Origin: Abditibacterium sp.
GTDB taxonomy: Bacteria; Armatimonadota; Abditibacteriia; Abditibacteriales; Abditibacteriaceae
Direction of reading: 5' to 3'
NCBI GenBank assembly: GCA_965199495.1
Contig: CBDASK010000003.1
Coordinates: forward strand, 64,001 to 128,000
Length of the DNA: 64,000 bases
The notes beneath the pieces are model-generated. The model saw only the letters and a program-made list of their open reading frames with translations, was not told the origin of the DNA and searched no databases. Shown in pieces: positions 48,277 through 58,862 of the stretch. Made by a program: the position numbers and the translations under genes. Within the stretch, counting starts at the first letter, position 1. Each line of letters begins with the position of its first letter.

Positions 48277-49353
48277 TTAACAAGAGCGTTTTAAGTCGCG
48301 ACTTTGATTTCGGTTAATGGGTGGAAGTTGCGCGCGCCCCCGACATTTTGCTGCGCCTAACGCCACAACGATCAAAACCAGCGGCAAATACGTTGACCAG
48401 CACAAAGGCGCGCACCACGCGGCGGCAACGGTAAGGAGCGCCACCCGCCAACGTATTTCCAAACGTTTCGTCGCCAGCAACGTTGCCAATGGCCCGCCGA
48501 TGGAAGCGCCGCTCAGCCACAATTTTGGCAAACCCACGAGCGGCCCACCCGCATAGTGCCAACCCAACAACGCAGCCACGCGCAAGACGCCCATCGAAAA
48601 CGAATAATTATCGGGATTAAAAGTGCCCTGCCCGGCAATCGGCAAAACCGCGTGCGCCCATTGCGCATACGAATCGGGGCCGCAAACGAGGGCGCCCAGC
48701 ACCAGACCCAACGCGCCGACGACGATGGCGCCGCCCCAAATCTGCGCGCGACCTTCGTCTTTGCCGACCGAAAATAATGGCCACGCCGCGTAAATTTTGA
48801 TTAGGCTCGCGACGCCCAAAACGGCGCCACTGCCCGCGCGTGGCTCCTTGGCACGCAAAGCAATCGCCCACACGCCCCATGCGCTGAGAAACCATAACAA
48901 CGGATCGATTTGGCCCAGCGCAAGCGCGCGCGCTGAGCCGGGAAACACGCGAATCAGCGCCAGCCAGCCGATAAAGCTCCAAAAGCCAAATCGTTCGCTC
49001 AATAAGCTCAGGCAAAGAGCGAAGCCCACAAATGACGCGACTAAACCGAGCGTCCAAATTTTGGCAAAAGTCAGCCACGGCAAGCGACCCATCGGCGCGA
49101 TGGCGGCGGCGAACGGCGGTGGATACAAATACTCGAACGGTTTGGAATCGGGGCCGTAATGGGGGCGCGGCGTATAGAGCGGACGACCCGCATTGACGTT
49201 ACGCGCGGCGCGAAAATAAAGCACCATGTCGCGCCTTTGGTCGGCGCGATAAAACGTCGGAATCGCCGCGTGTTGAATCCATAACGCGATTAAAGCCAGC
49301 GCCAGAAGGCGCGCGAGCCAGACGAGAATGAGGCGCGGCAGGAGAGATTGCAT
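48277..49353 (-). CDS. GT87/DUF2029-like membrane glycosyltransferase
   Basis: Polytopic; D..LY..AA, YLYPPPFA, LGQID, IKIY, P..W..Y. Confidence 0.78.
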   Translation of the reverse strand: MQSLLPRLILVWLARLLALALIALWIQHAAIPTFYRADQRRDMVLYFRAARNVNAGRPLYTPRPHYGPDSKPFEYLYPPPFAAAIAPMGRLPWLTFAKIWTLGLVASFVGFALCLSLLSERFGFWSFIGWLALIRVFPGSARALALGQIDPLLWFLSAWGVWAIALRAKEPRAGSGAVLGVASLIKIYAAWPLFSVGKDEGRAQIWGGAIVVGALGLVLGALVCGPDSYAQWAHAVLPIAGQGTFNPDNYSFSMGVLRVAALLGWHYAGGPLVGLPKLWLSGASIGGPLATLLATKRLEIRWRVALLTVAAAWCAPLCWSTYLPLVLIVVALGAAKCRGRAQLPPINRNQSRDLKRSC

Positions 49354-49485
49354 TGGAATTTCGCTGGAGATTCGCACGATGTTCGCCCGAATCTCCAGCG
49401 CGCATTTAAGTCAATTTAGCTTGCCATCCCAAGCGAACTTTGCAAAGCGAACTCTGGCGCGTTTATCGCTCATGCGCGCGGCTCT

Positions 49486-50736
49486 ATGTCCGCCACCAAC
49501 GCCTGGATTAACGCACTGGAACAGCTCGATAACGTCGCCACGCGCATTAACCTCGAACCCAATTTGCACGCGCGTTTGCGCCAACCGCAACGCGCCCTCG
49601 AAGTTGCGATTCCCGTGGCGATGGACAATGGCAGCGAGCAGATTTTTACCGGTTATCGCGTGCAGCACAACTTGGCGCGCGGCCCGGCCAAGGGCGGCAT
49701 GCGCTATTCGTTGGCCGTTGACCAAGACGAAGTCAAGGCTCTGGCGATGTGGATGACGTGGAAATGTGCCGTCGTTTCGATTCCCTACGGCGGCGCCAAA
49801 GGCGGAGTGACGGTGGATACCAAAGCTTTGTCGCCCGCCGAGTTGGAGCGTTTGACGCGCCGTTTTGTCGCCGAATTGTTGCCGATTATCGGGCCGGAAA
49901 AAGATATTCCCGCGCCCGATGTCGGCACCAACGCGCAGGTCATGGCGTGGATGATGGACGCTTATTCGAGCTATTTGGGTTATAGCGTGCCGAGCGTGGT
50001 GACCGGCAAACCGCTCTCGATTGGCGGCAGCGCGGGCCGCGAAGAAGCCACCGGGCGCGGCGTGGCTATCGTCGCGCGCGAGATGGCGCGTCGCACCGGT
50101 CTGACTTTGTCGGGCGCCAGCGTCGTGGTTCAAGGCTTTGGTAACGTCGGCGGCGCGACGGCACAAATTCTCAGCAAAGAATTCGGTTGCCGCATCGTCG
50201 GTATTTCCGATGCGAGCGGCGCGTTTTACCATCCCAAAGGTTTCGACATCGCCGATTTGCTGCAACGCGCGCCCAGCCACGGCAGCTTGCCCGCGCCCAT
50301 GCCCGGCGACAAAGTCAACGCGGACGAGTTTTTGAGTTTGCCCTGCGACATCTTGATTCCCGCCGCGCTGGAAAACCAGATCACGCGCGACAACGCCGCG
50401 CAAATTCGCCCAAAAATGATCGTCGAAGCCGCCAACGGCCCGACGACGCCCGCCGCCGACATCATTCTGCGCGAGAACGGCGTGACGGTCGTGCCCGACA
50501 TTTTGGCCAACGCGGGCGGCGTGACCGTGAGTTATTTCGAGTGGGTGCAGGGCCGCGACGAATATTTTTGGAGCGCCGAAGAAGTCAATTTGCGTCTGGA
50601 GAAAATTATGGTCAACGCGTGCAACGAAGTCTGGACAATCGCGCAACGAGAAAACGCCGATTTGCGCATGGCGGCCTATATTTCGGGCGTGGGCCGCGTC
50701 GCCGAAGCGATTCGCACGCGCGGAATTTATCGTTAG
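49486..50736 (+). CDS. gdhA: Glutamate dehydrogenase (Glu/Leu/Phe/Val family)
   Basis: GYRVQHN..RGPAKGGMRY, GGAKGG, DIPAPDVGT, GREEATGRG, QGFGNVG, EAANGP, NAGGVTVSYFEW. Confidence 0.93.
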   Translation: MSATNAWINALEQLDNVATRINLEPNLHARLRQPQRALEVAIPVAMDNGSEQIFTGYRVQHNLARGPAKGGMRYSLAVDQDEVKALAMWMTWKCAVVSIPYGGAKGGVTVDTKALSPAELERLTRRFVAELLPIIGPEKDIPAPDVGTNAQVMAWMMDAYSSYLGYSVPSVVTGKPLSIGGSAGREEATGRGVAIVAREMARRTGLTLSGASVVVQGFGNVGGATAQILSKEFGCRIVGISDASGAFYHPKGFDIADLLQRAPSHGSLPAPMPGDKVNADEFLSLPCDILIPAALENQITRDNAAQIRPKMIVEAANGPTTPAADIILRENGVTVVPDILANAGGVTVSYFEWVQGRDEYFWSAEEVNLRLEKIMVNACNEVWTIAQRENADLRMAAYISGVGRVAEAIRTRGIYR

Positions 50737-50771
50737 AAAGTTGTTGTTTTTAGAAGTCACGCATCTATCTC

Positions 50772-50905
50772 CGCCCGTCATTTCGAGCGAAGCCGAGAAA
50801 TCTTGCGGCCCCGCGCCAGCGGAAATGCTGCGATAGCCTGATTGCTCTGAACTTGCGCTACCGCGCGGGCAAAAGATTTCTCGGCTTCGCTCGAAATGAC
50901 GGGCG
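50772..50905. repeat. REP doublet, GTCATTTCGAGCG family
   Basis: cgcccgtcatttcgagcgaagccgagaaatctt / aagatttctcggcttcgctcgaaatgacgggcg. Confidence 0.88.
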
Positions 50906-50943
50906 AGGCCAATTGCGTAACTCCAACTAAACTGACTTGCACC

Positions 50944-51423
50944 TCAATACGTCCGGCTGCCCGCCGTTGCGCGCCAGAAATGGAGCAAATCCAAACATTC
51001 GTCGCGCAGAAAATCGGGCGCGATTTCGACTTTGCTGCCGCCCAACTCTTTCATCTGAAAATTAGAAATCGTCAGTTCGTTAAAACCCAGCGCCTGCACA
51101 TCGGCGATAGACGTGCCGTAATAAATCTTGGCGACGCGCGCCCAGTTGAGCGCGGCGAAACACATCGGGCACGGCTCGGTCGTGGTATAAACATCGGCGC
51201 CTTCGAGCAGATGCGTTTCCAATTGCGCGCACGCCGCGCGAATCGCCTCGACTTCGGCGTGCGCCGTCGGATCGTGATGCGCCAGAACGTGATTGCTGGC
51301 AACCGCTAAAATTTCGCCGTCGCGCACGATGCACGCGCCAAAAGGCCCGCCCGCGCCGCGTGCGACGCTTTCGCGCGCGGCGTCTATCGCGGCGCGCATC
51401 CAGATTTCGGGAGAATTGTTCAT
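50944..51423 (-). CDS. Nucleoside/guanine deaminase (cytidine deaminase fold)
   Basis: GGPFGA, DPTAHAE, EPCPMC. Confidence 0.9.
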   Translation of the reverse strand: MNNSPEIWMRAAIDAARESVARGAGGPFGACIVRDGEILAVASNHVLAHHDPTAHAEVEAIRAACAQLETHLLEGADVYTTTEPCPMCFAALNWARVAKIYYGTSIADVQALGFNELTISNFQMKELGGSKVEIAPDFLRDECLDLLHFWRATAGSRTY

Positions 51424-51474
51424 AGTCCAATTGAAGTAAAATTAAGAGGCGCCACCGCCCGCTCAGATTTTTTC

Positions 51475-53433
51475 ATGGCCACTTTATCTTTCGAGTCCAA
51501 TCCCGTTTTGATCCGCGAATTGCGCGCCAACCTGCGCAACGCGCGCGCCTTTGGCCTGTTGGCGCTTTATGTCGCGCTTTTGGGCGCCGTCGTGACGGCC
51601 AACTTTCCCGGCGATACCGCAATTGACCTGCAATCCGATGGCGGCGCGCGCGGGCGCGAATTGTTCTCGTGGTTGTTTGGTGGCCAAATCGCGCTCATCT
51701 TGGCAATTTTGCCCGCGCTTTCGACCGGCGCGTTAGCCCAAGAACGCGAGCGACAAACGTTGCAACCGCTGATTCTGACGCCGCTCTCGCCGCTGCAAAT
51801 CGTGTGGGGCAAAGCGGGCGGCGTATTGTCTTTGGTCGGTTTGATGTTGCTGGCGACTTTGCCGTTGACTTCGCTCTGTTTTTTGCTGGGCGGCGTGGAT
51901 ACCGGCATGCTCGTCGCGGCTTATTCGGCGATTCTGGGGTTGGCGGTTTTTACCACAGGTTTTGGGCTTTACTGCTCGGCGCGCTGGCAAACGGCGACGC
52001 GCGCGCTGATGACCTGCTACGCTCTTTTACCCATCGTCATCGCTTTGGTTATGGTGGCGTTGCCGTTGGGCGCGCTGTTTTCGGGATTATTCTGTCTGTT
52101 TTTGCTGTTTTACGGATTGGTGCAACTGTTCCAGAAAGGCCGCGAAGCGCCGCTCGCCCAGCGGTTCGGGCGCGTTTACGGCAGCGCGATTTATGGGGCG
52201 ACGCCGCTCATTTTTCTCGGATTATTGTGGCTGATGTGGGCCGACCGCAACATCGGTTTGATCGTGATCGGCATCGGTTTCGTGCTGTCGTATTTCGTGA
52301 TGGTGACGCAGTGGGGTTTGCTGCAAACCGCGCGCGAACTGATGACGCGCGTTGACCCCGAAGCCTCGGCGCGCCAGAAAGTTGAGGAGTTCAAAGAAGA
52401 TTGGCGCGCCGCCATCGCCCCACCGGTCTACCTGCCGGGCGATGCAGCCACGTCGCCCTCGTCCGCAACGCCAACGGGCGAATGGGCGCCAATTGATACC
52501 GCTCCCAAACCCGCGCCCCACCCGACAATCGCGCCCGCTCCGGCGCCGGTTGTTGCCAAAAAAGCGGCGGCGACTTATGGCGTGACGCCATTTTTGTCGG
52601 ACAACATGAACCCGATTTACGCGCGCGAATTGCGTTCGGGTTTGCTGGGCAAGTTTCAATATCTGTTTAAATTTGGCTACGGAGTCACGCTTTTGAGCGA
52701 AGTTGGGCTGTTGCTGTTTTTGCTGGCTGGATTGTGGAATCCCGATTGGCTGGTCGTTGATTTGGCCGGGCCGTTTGTGTTGTGGGGCCGCTTGCACTTG
52801 GCGCTCTTGATGATTTTCGCGGCATGGTTTGGCGCGCGCGCCATCGCGCCCGAACGCGAGGGCCAAACGTTGGCGCAGCTTTTCACGATTCCCCTGCCCG
52901 CGTCCAAAATCGTCGGTGGCAAAATGGGCGCGGTCTTGACGTTCACGCTCTACGTGTGGATTTTGGCGGTGCCGCTCGCTTTGCTGTGCGGAATGTTGGA
53001 CTTGGTGCCGTGGAAATTGGCGCTTCGATTTATCTGCGCCGAAGTCGTGCTGGGGCTGGCGGCGGCGGCTTGGGGTTTGTATTGTTCGTTCCACTCGGAG
53101 ACCGTGCGCCGCGCTCTGGCGATGAGTCTGGGCGGCGTGGCTGCTTTGCTGGTGGCGCATACCCTCGTTTCTCCGTTGTGGAGTTTGTTGGCTACCCTCA
53201 AAGTCGTGAGCGGCACGGTGGGCGCGCAATTCTGGCGTGGGCTGTTTCCGACTTCGTTGGTATTCGGGCCAAATGCCACCAATCTGGGCAGTGGTTTAAG
53301 CGTGGTGTACGCTCCCAATAGCGCGATTGCCTACCCGCTGTTGCCGTGGCCGTTGGCGATTTATCTGGTTTTAGCGATCGTTTTGCTGGCGCTGACGGCG
53401 CGCGATTTTCAAAAGCTGGCGCGCGAATCGTAG
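51475..53433 (+). CDS. ABC-2-type permease-like membrane protein with two homologous halves
   Basis: NPVLIRELR/NPIYARELR, ERERQTL/EREGQTL and IVWGK/IVGGK duplicated; Pro/Ala-rich linker. Confidence 0.8.
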   Translation: MATLSFESNPVLIRELRANLRNARAFGLLALYVALLGAVVTANFPGDTAIDLQSDGGARGRELFSWLFGGQIALILAILPALSTGALAQERERQTLQPLILTPLSPLQIVWGKAGGVLSLVGLMLLATLPLTSLCFLLGGVDTGMLVAAYSAILGLAVFTTGFGLYCSARWQTATRALMTCYALLPIVIALVMVALPLGALFSGLFCLFLLFYGLVQLFQKGREAPLAQRFGRVYGSAIYGATPLIFLGLLWLMWADRNIGLIVIGIGFVLSYFVMVTQWGLLQTARELMTRVDPEASARQKVEEFKEDWRAAIAPPVYLPGDAATSPSSATPTGEWAPIDTAPKPAPHPTIAPAPAPVVAKKAAATYGVTPFLSDNMNPIYARELRSGLLGKFQYLFKFGYGVTLLSEVGLLLFLLAGLWNPDWLVVDLAGPFVLWGRLHLALLMIFAAWFGARAIAPEREGQTLAQLFTIPLPASKIVGGKMGAVLTFTLYVWILAVPLALLCGMLDLVPWKLALRFICAEVVLGLAAAAWGLYCSFHSETVRRALAMSLGGVAALLVAHTLVSPLWSLLATLKVVSGTVGAQFWRGLFPTSLVFGPNATNLGSGLSVVYAPNSAIAYPLLPWPLAIYLVLAIVLLALTARDFQKLARES

Positions 53434-53470
53434 CGGAGAAGTCGCCTTCACGCTCAGCATAGACGCTCTC

Positions 53471-53618
53471 ATTGTCAAGGGTGCGGCGTGAAGAATGAAC
53501 GAAGTCGAAAAATCCACGACTCTGGATGAGACCAAAGCGAAGTCAACGCGCGACCACTGTATTTTTCGACTTCGTCCCTTCGACTTCGTTCGTTCCTCGC
53601 GCCGCTCCGAATGATAAT
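53471..53618. repeat. Degenerate REP doublet related to 16044-16252
   Basis: gaacgaagtcgaaaaatcca / tttttcgacttcg; the reverse complement of its loop aligns with the 16128-16168 loop. Confidence 0.7.
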
Positions 53619-53702
53619 AAAGCGCGATTCAGCATTTGCACACAGCGTTAATTAACGACGGATTTGCCTCACGTTGGCCAAAAATCTGGCGCTCTCAGTT
53701 TC

Positions 53703-56700
53703 ATGAAATTCTCTTTGCCCCTCGTCAACAATTCGCCGCAGGCTTCGGCGTGGCACGGGCGCGCGACTTGGGGCATGACGCTGGGGCTGATTATCGCGCT
53801 GACGTTGCTGTTGCTGCTGCGCCCCGGATTTCTGGGCGGTGTAACGGGCGCGCTCGAATATGACACGCTCGATTTTTGGTTTCGTTTGCGCGCCGAGCGG
53901 CCTTCGGAAGCAGTCGCGGTGCTGGCCGTGGACGAAGCGACGGTGCGTCGCTGGCAGGGCCGCACATTCGATGGTCACGACCTCGCCACGCTGGTGCGCG
54001 CGTTGGATAAAGCGGGCGTGCGCGCCATCGCGCTTAACTTTCCGCAACTGGGCGACTTGAAATTACAGGTCAATGGACAAGACGAATTGGCCGCCGCCAT
54101 GCGCGCCCAGGGCGCGGTGACGTTGCCGCTCCAGTTCGGGTCGGAAGAGTGGCGGATTCCGGCGATACCGCGCGGCAAAAGCGAAATTTGGACGCCCGCC
54201 AACAACAATTATCAGCAAAGACCCGGCGTGCAACGCTTTGCCCTCGCGCCCGCAAAGAACGAGGAATTGGCGACGCTCGCGCCGCAGATGAACGGAAAAT
54301 GGGATTTGCGAGCCGCCTCGGACAAATTACTCAATGCGGCGGCGGGCGCGGGACACCTCAACTTCACCTTCGACCGCTTCGGACGCGCGCGCCAGTTGCC
54401 GATGTATATGGGACATAACGGCCTGTTTTATCCGGCATTTGCGATGGAAACGGTGCGCGTCGCGACCAAGGGCAAAGTCTCCAACGAGGGCACATTCCTG
54501 CTCAACTATCCGTATGGCCGCGATTCCACGATGACGCAGGACGGCGCCGAAACGGTGGATCAGTCGCCGATCAATCAGCCGTTTTCCATCGTTTCGATAG
54601 ACGATGCGCTCCGCGATCCGCGTTTGCTCAAACCGATGAAAAATCGTGTGGTTGTCGTGGGCGTGACGGCGCCGGGCTTGTCGTCGCGCTATCCGACACC
54701 CGATGGCGCGCGCATCTCCTCGACCGAACTGCACGCCATCGCGATGGAAAACCTGCTGTCGGGCGCCATGCTGCACCGCGCGCCCGAAATCATGCTGTGG
54801 ATATTCACGCTTTTGCCCGCCATCGTCGTGGGCGGGTTGGCCTCGTCGCGCCCGCCCGCGTGGAGCGGCATCGTCGCGCTCATCTGCATCGTCACCATCG
54901 CTTTGGCTTCGCTGGGATTGTTTACCCAAAATTTGTGGCTCGACACCACGGTGCCGTGGCTGACTATCGCGTTGACGTTCGTGGTTGGCGTTATCGGGCG
55001 CGCGCGGCGCCAGGAACGTGAGACGACGCACATCCATTCGACCGTTGAGGCGCTGACCAACGTGTCGGACATCGTGGCGGCTCAGACGCGCGGGGACGAT
55101 CTACTCGACCGCGTTTTGCATTTCGCCGCGCAGGTCTTGAACGCCCAAGGCGCCTCGGCGCTGTTGCTCGACGAGGCGGGCGAAGAGCTGACGTTTTGCG
55201 CGGCGTTGGGCACACACTCCGACCGGTTGCTGGGATTGCGCGTCAAAATGGGCGAGGGCGTTGTGGGCCGCGTCGCGCAGAGCGGACAAGTCGCTATCGT
55301 CAACGACGTGTTGGAAGACGAGCGCTTCACCAAGCGCATTGACGCGCGCACCGGCTTCAACACGCAAAGTTTGCTGTGTGTGCCGCTTAAAGCGCAGGAG
55401 CGGATTTTGGGCGTCATCGAAGTCGTCAATCGCACCGATGGCTCGACTTTTTCGCGCGCCGACGCCGAAGTTTTGCAGGCCGTGGCCAATCAGGCGGCGA
55501 TTGCCCTCGATAACGCGCGTTTATACGACCGCTTGGAACAGCGCGTCGAAGAATCGCAGGACGCCTTGGCCGTTGCCAACCGGCAGTTGCAGGCCGATAA
55601 AACGTTGTTGCAAACCGTGTTGCATTCGATGACCGATGGCGTCGTCGTGACCGATGGCGAGGGGCAAATTCAATTGATCAATCCCGCCGCGCAGATGCTG
55701 GTGCCCGAACTGGAGCGCGATGTTCTGGGAGAAAAACTTTCGCTGGTTTTGCAAGATTTTCCTCTGGGCGCTACTCAGATAAATAGCCTCTATTTAACCG
55801 GCGACGACACAGCCACCGGCAGCAACCCGGTGACGATTTATCGCGGCGGGGCCGAAGCGGTGCGTTCGATTGAGGGACGAGTGGCGCCGTTGCAAACGCC
55901 CGATGGCGATTTCGGCGGTTTGGTCGCGGTCTTTGCCGACATTACCCAACGTAAGCAAGTCGAACAGGCCAAAAGCGATTTCGTCTCGTTCGTCGCGCAC
56001 GAAATGCGCTCGCCGTTGACTTCGATTTCAGGATTTTCGGCGATGCTGCAACGCTCTGAAACCGGTTCTGCCGAAAGTAAATCGGCCCTGCCTGCCGCCT
56101 CGCGCGGTCGGTTTCTGGGCCTGATTCACAGCGAAGCCGAACGATTGACGCGCCTGATTAACAACTTGCTCGATGTCGCGCGTTTGGAAGCCGGACGCGC
56201 CATCGAAATCAATCTCGACGAGTTCGATTTCGCGCCGCTCGCCCGCCTCGCGTTGGAATCGCAGCGCGCCTATTCGAGCCGCCACACGCTCGTGGCTGAC
56301 TTGCCGCCCGACCTGCCGCCGCTCTCTGCCGATGCCGACAAGGTCACGCAAATCTTGATCAATCTGACTTCCAACGCGCTGAAATATTCGCCTGGCGGCA
56401 CGGTGACTTTGCGCGCGCACGTTTTGGAAGGGGAAACAGAAGAGCAAAAGTGGCTCGAAGTTTCCATCAGCGATCAAGGCCCCGGCATCGCGCCCGAACA
56501 ACGCGAGACATTATTTTCGCGATTCGGTCGCACGCCCGCCGTAGCCACCGGCACGGGCGCCCGTTCTAAACCGACCGGCACGGGGCTGGGTTTGTTTCTC
56601 ACTAAATATTTGGTCGAGGCGCACGGTGGCAAAATTTGGGTCAAAAGCGAAACCGGCGAAGGCGCGACTTTCGTTTTCACTCTGCCCATAGCCCACAAAA

Positions 56701-56714
56701 TAGAAAACGCGTAA
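53703..56714 (+). CDS. CHASE2-GAF-PAS sensor histidine kinase
   Basis: CHASE2 plus 3 TM segments, GAF (SLLCVPL..LGVIEVVN), PAS, H-box AHEMRSPLTSI, N/G boxes NALKYS, DQGPGI, GTGLGL. Confidence 0.92.
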   Translation: MKFSLPLVNNSPQASAWHGRATWGMTLGLIIALTLLLLLRPGFLGGVTGALEYDTLDFWFRLRAERPSEAVAVLAVDEATVRRWQGRTFDGHDLATLVRALDKAGVRAIALNFPQLGDLKLQVNGQDELAAAMRAQGAVTLPLQFGSEEWRIPAIPRGKSEIWTPANNNYQQRPGVQRFALAPAKNEELATLAPQMNGKWDLRAASDKLLNAAAGAGHLNFTFDRFGRARQLPMYMGHNGLFYPAFAMETVRVATKGKVSNEGTFLLNYPYGRDSTMTQDGAETVDQSPINQPFSIVSIDDALRDPRLLKPMKNRVVVVGVTAPGLSSRYPTPDGARISSTELHAIAMENLLSGAMLHRAPEIMLWIFTLLPAIVVGGLASSRPPAWSGIVALICIVTIALASLGLFTQNLWLDTTVPWLTIALTFVVGVIGRARRQERETTHIHSTVEALTNVSDIVAAQTRGDDLLDRVLHFAAQVLNAQGASALLLDEAGEELTFCAALGTHSDRLLGLRVKMGEGVVGRVAQSGQVAIVNDVLEDERFTKRIDARTGFNTQSLLCVPLKAQERILGVIEVVNRTDGSTFSRADAEVLQAVANQAAIALDNARLYDRLEQRVEESQDALAVANRQLQADKTLLQTVLHSMTDGVVVTDGEGQIQLINPAAQMLVPELERDVLGEKLSLVLQDFPLGATQINSLYLTGDDTATGSNPVTIYRGGAEAVRSIEGRVAPLQTPDGDFGGLVAVFADITQRKQVEQAKSDFVSFVAHEMRSPLTSISGFSAMLQRSETGSAESKSALPAASRGRFLGLIHSEAERLTRLINNLLDVARLEAGRAIEINLDEFDFAPLARLALESQRAYSSRHTLVADLPPDLPPLSADADKVTQILINLTSNALKYSPGGTVTLRAHVLEGETEEQKWLEVSISDQGPGIAPEQRETLFSRFGRTPAVATGTGARSKPTGTGLGLFLTKYLVEAHGGKIWVKSETGEGATFVFTLPIAHKIENA

Positions 56715-56878
56715 AGTCGAGATTTAGGGATGAATCTTGAGAGAGTCATTATTTTAGTCGCAAATTTTAGGTGTTTCCAGTGTTTTCGGCATCGTATTTG
56801 AAATAACGAGGGCCGAACCGCGCTTTGAAAAATAACTTTTGAAATTTCAATCGCCCCAACTTTCGGAGGAACACAAAA

Positions 56879-57841
56879 ATGGCTGATACAATGAACGATA
56901 TGAACGATGACAATGTGCAACATGGGATTGACGACAACCCGCACGATGACGGTAAAAAAGGTTTGGAACTGGGCGCCTTAGGCGGCGGCACCGTCGGTGC
57001 AATTGCTGGCATGGCCGCAGGGCCGATTGGCGCGATTGTGGGCGCCATCGTCGGCGGCACGGCTGGCTCATTGGCTTCGGGCGCGGCGGTTGACGCCGTT
57101 GACGCAATTGACAACGACAACACCGTAACCGGCATCGGCATCGGCAGCGGCGCCACCCGCGATGTGGAAAACACCAGCGGCGTGACCAGCGAGCAGTTGC
57201 ACACTCACGGAAGCGGCGTGACGAGCGAGCGTTTGCATGCTGGCAACGATGTGCCCGGTGTTCAGACCGGCGGTGTAACCACAGCGGGTGCCGACACGCG
57301 CGGCATCATGGAAAAAACCGCCGATGCCATCACTGGCGACCGCACCGACGACAAAACCGGCGGCCAAGTGCTCGGCGATGACACTTTATCTGGCACAACC
57401 GGAGCTATGGGCGCAACTGGAATTATGGGCGCAACTGGAACTATGGGCGACACCATTCGCGACGGCGCGACCAAAGTCCAATTGGCCGCCGAAGAGTTGC
57501 ACGTAGACAAAGCCCGTCAGCAAGCGGGCGAAGTCGAAATTCACAAAGAAGTCGTGGAAGAACAGGTCGAAATCCCGGTCACTTTGCAGCACGAGGAAGT
57601 CGTCATTACTCGTCACGCCGTGAACCGCGATCTGGCGCCCGGCGAACGTGTAGCTGATATGAACGAAGATGAAGTCGTGCGCATTCCCGTTACGCAAGAA
57701 GTCGCCAACGTTACCAAAACCGCGCACGTTGTCGAAGAGGTCGAAGTCGGCAAGCGTGTTGTCAGCGAAGATCAAACCGTGTCGGGCACCGTCCGCCACG
57801 AAGAGATTGACATCAACGACACCACCAAACATAACCGCTAA
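56879..57841 (+). CDS. YsnF/AvaK (DUF2382) domain protein with an N-terminal glycine-zipper segment
   Basis: LAAEELHVDK...GEVEIHKEVVEE...EEVVI...EEVEVGK...VRHEEI; RBS GGAGGA. Confidence 0.85.
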   Translation: MADTMNDMNDDNVQHGIDDNPHDDGKKGLELGALGGGTVGAIAGMAAGPIGAIVGAIVGGTAGSLASGAAVDAVDAIDNDNTVTGIGIGSGATRDVENTSGVTSEQLHTHGSGVTSERLHAGNDVPGVQTGGVTTAGADTRGIMEKTADAITGDRTDDKTGGQVLGDDTLSGTTGAMGATGIMGATGTMGDTIRDGATKVQLAAEELHVDKARQQAGEVEIHKEVVEEQVEIPVTLQHEEVVITRHAVNRDLAPGERVADMNEDEVVRIPVTQEVANVTKTAHVVEEVEVGKRVVSEDQTVSGTVRHEEIDINDTTKHNR

Positions 57842-57856
57842 TATTTTAGCGCGAAT

Positions 57857-57889
57857 AAAAAGGCACTCGCGAAAGCGGGTGCCTTTTTT
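57857..57889 (+). terminator. Rho-independent terminator
   Basis: aaaaggcactcgc-gaaa-gcgggtgcctttttt. Confidence 0.85.
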
Positions 57890-58010
57890 GTTTGTGGAAT
57901 TGGTTTGATAGAGAGCCTGTGCCCGCTTTCGCGGACAGGTTGCCTAACCAATTTGTCATTAGCTAAATTTCAAGCGTAATAGAGGCGCGAGCGCTTAACT
58001 AAGAAGCGCT

Positions 58011-58694
58011 TTGAAATTACCTTCTCTTTTCGCTTTCGTAGCGGCTTCCACACTTATCGCCGGACTTGGCGCGCAGGCCCAACAATCTGACGCTCCTACT
58101 CCGAGTGCCGTGCCAGTGGCTGTTATGCCCAACGCGTCGAATTACGCTTTTGATGCGACCGCGCCGTCCGATGTATCATCTCTCAATCGCACGAGCGGTC
58201 GCGATTCTTCGTTGGCCAAGTTCGCGTCGGGCGCGGGCACTTATCTCTTTTTGGGCGCGGGCACGTTGCTTCCCTTGGTCGAAGACGGCAAAGACGGTCA
58301 ACAACACGCGATTCGCACGGCGGACGCGTTGATTTCTTCGACGATAATCGCCGAAGGTTTGAAGCGCGTTGTCCACAAAAAGCGTCCCGACGGCAGCGAT
58401 TATCAATCGTTTCCATCGGGCCACGCGACGGCAGTTTTCGCCGTCGCCACCATGCAAGCGCACTATCATCCCAAACAGGCCATTCTTTGGTATGCCGGAG
58501 CGACCGCCATTTCCGCCTCGCGCGTCACGTTGCGCAAACATGACACATTCGATGTTTTGGCCGGAGCCGCGCTGGGATATGCGGGCGCGCGTCTCGAACT
58601 GGGCCAGAATCGCGGTTTGATTTTGCGACCATTCGTTCATCAAGGCGCGCCCGATAATCGCGTGACAGGCGTGAGCGTTTCCAAATCGTTTTAG
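58011..58694 (+). CDS. PAP2-family phosphatase
   Basis: K......RP, SFPSGH, SRV....H...DV motifs; signal peptide. Confidence 0.88.
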   Translation: MKLPSLFAFVAASTLIAGLGAQAQQSDAPTPSAVPVAVMPNASNYAFDATAPSDVSSLNRTSGRDSSLAKFASGAGTYLFLGAGTLLPLVEDGKDGQQHAIRTADALISSTIIAEGLKRVVHKKRPDGSDYQSFPSGHATAVFAVATMQAHYHPKQAILWYAGATAISASRVTLRKHDTFDVLAGAALGYAGARLELGQNRGLILRPFVHQGAPDNRVTGVSVSKSF

Positions 58695-58862
58695 GATTCG
58701 TCAACTTGGCAGTTCGCAGGCTTTTAAGCTACGAAAAGGGGAGGGAGCCAACTGCACAACTACTATAAATTTATAACAGCTTTAATAGCGGGTCACACGC
58801 GTAAAGTTGATGTAGACAACGCAAACTCAGAGTTACGTCTGCTCTACTCATCCACTTTTCGT

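Noticed and set aside
49411..50781. 456-aa antisense ORF over gdhA and other long shadow ORFs
   Set aside because: Expected from GC-rich codon bias; they have no motifs and fully overlap well-supported genes.
57400..57450. Short 18-bp tandem repeats (MGATG) in the DUF2382 gene
   Set aside because: Ordinary low-complexity linker expansion.
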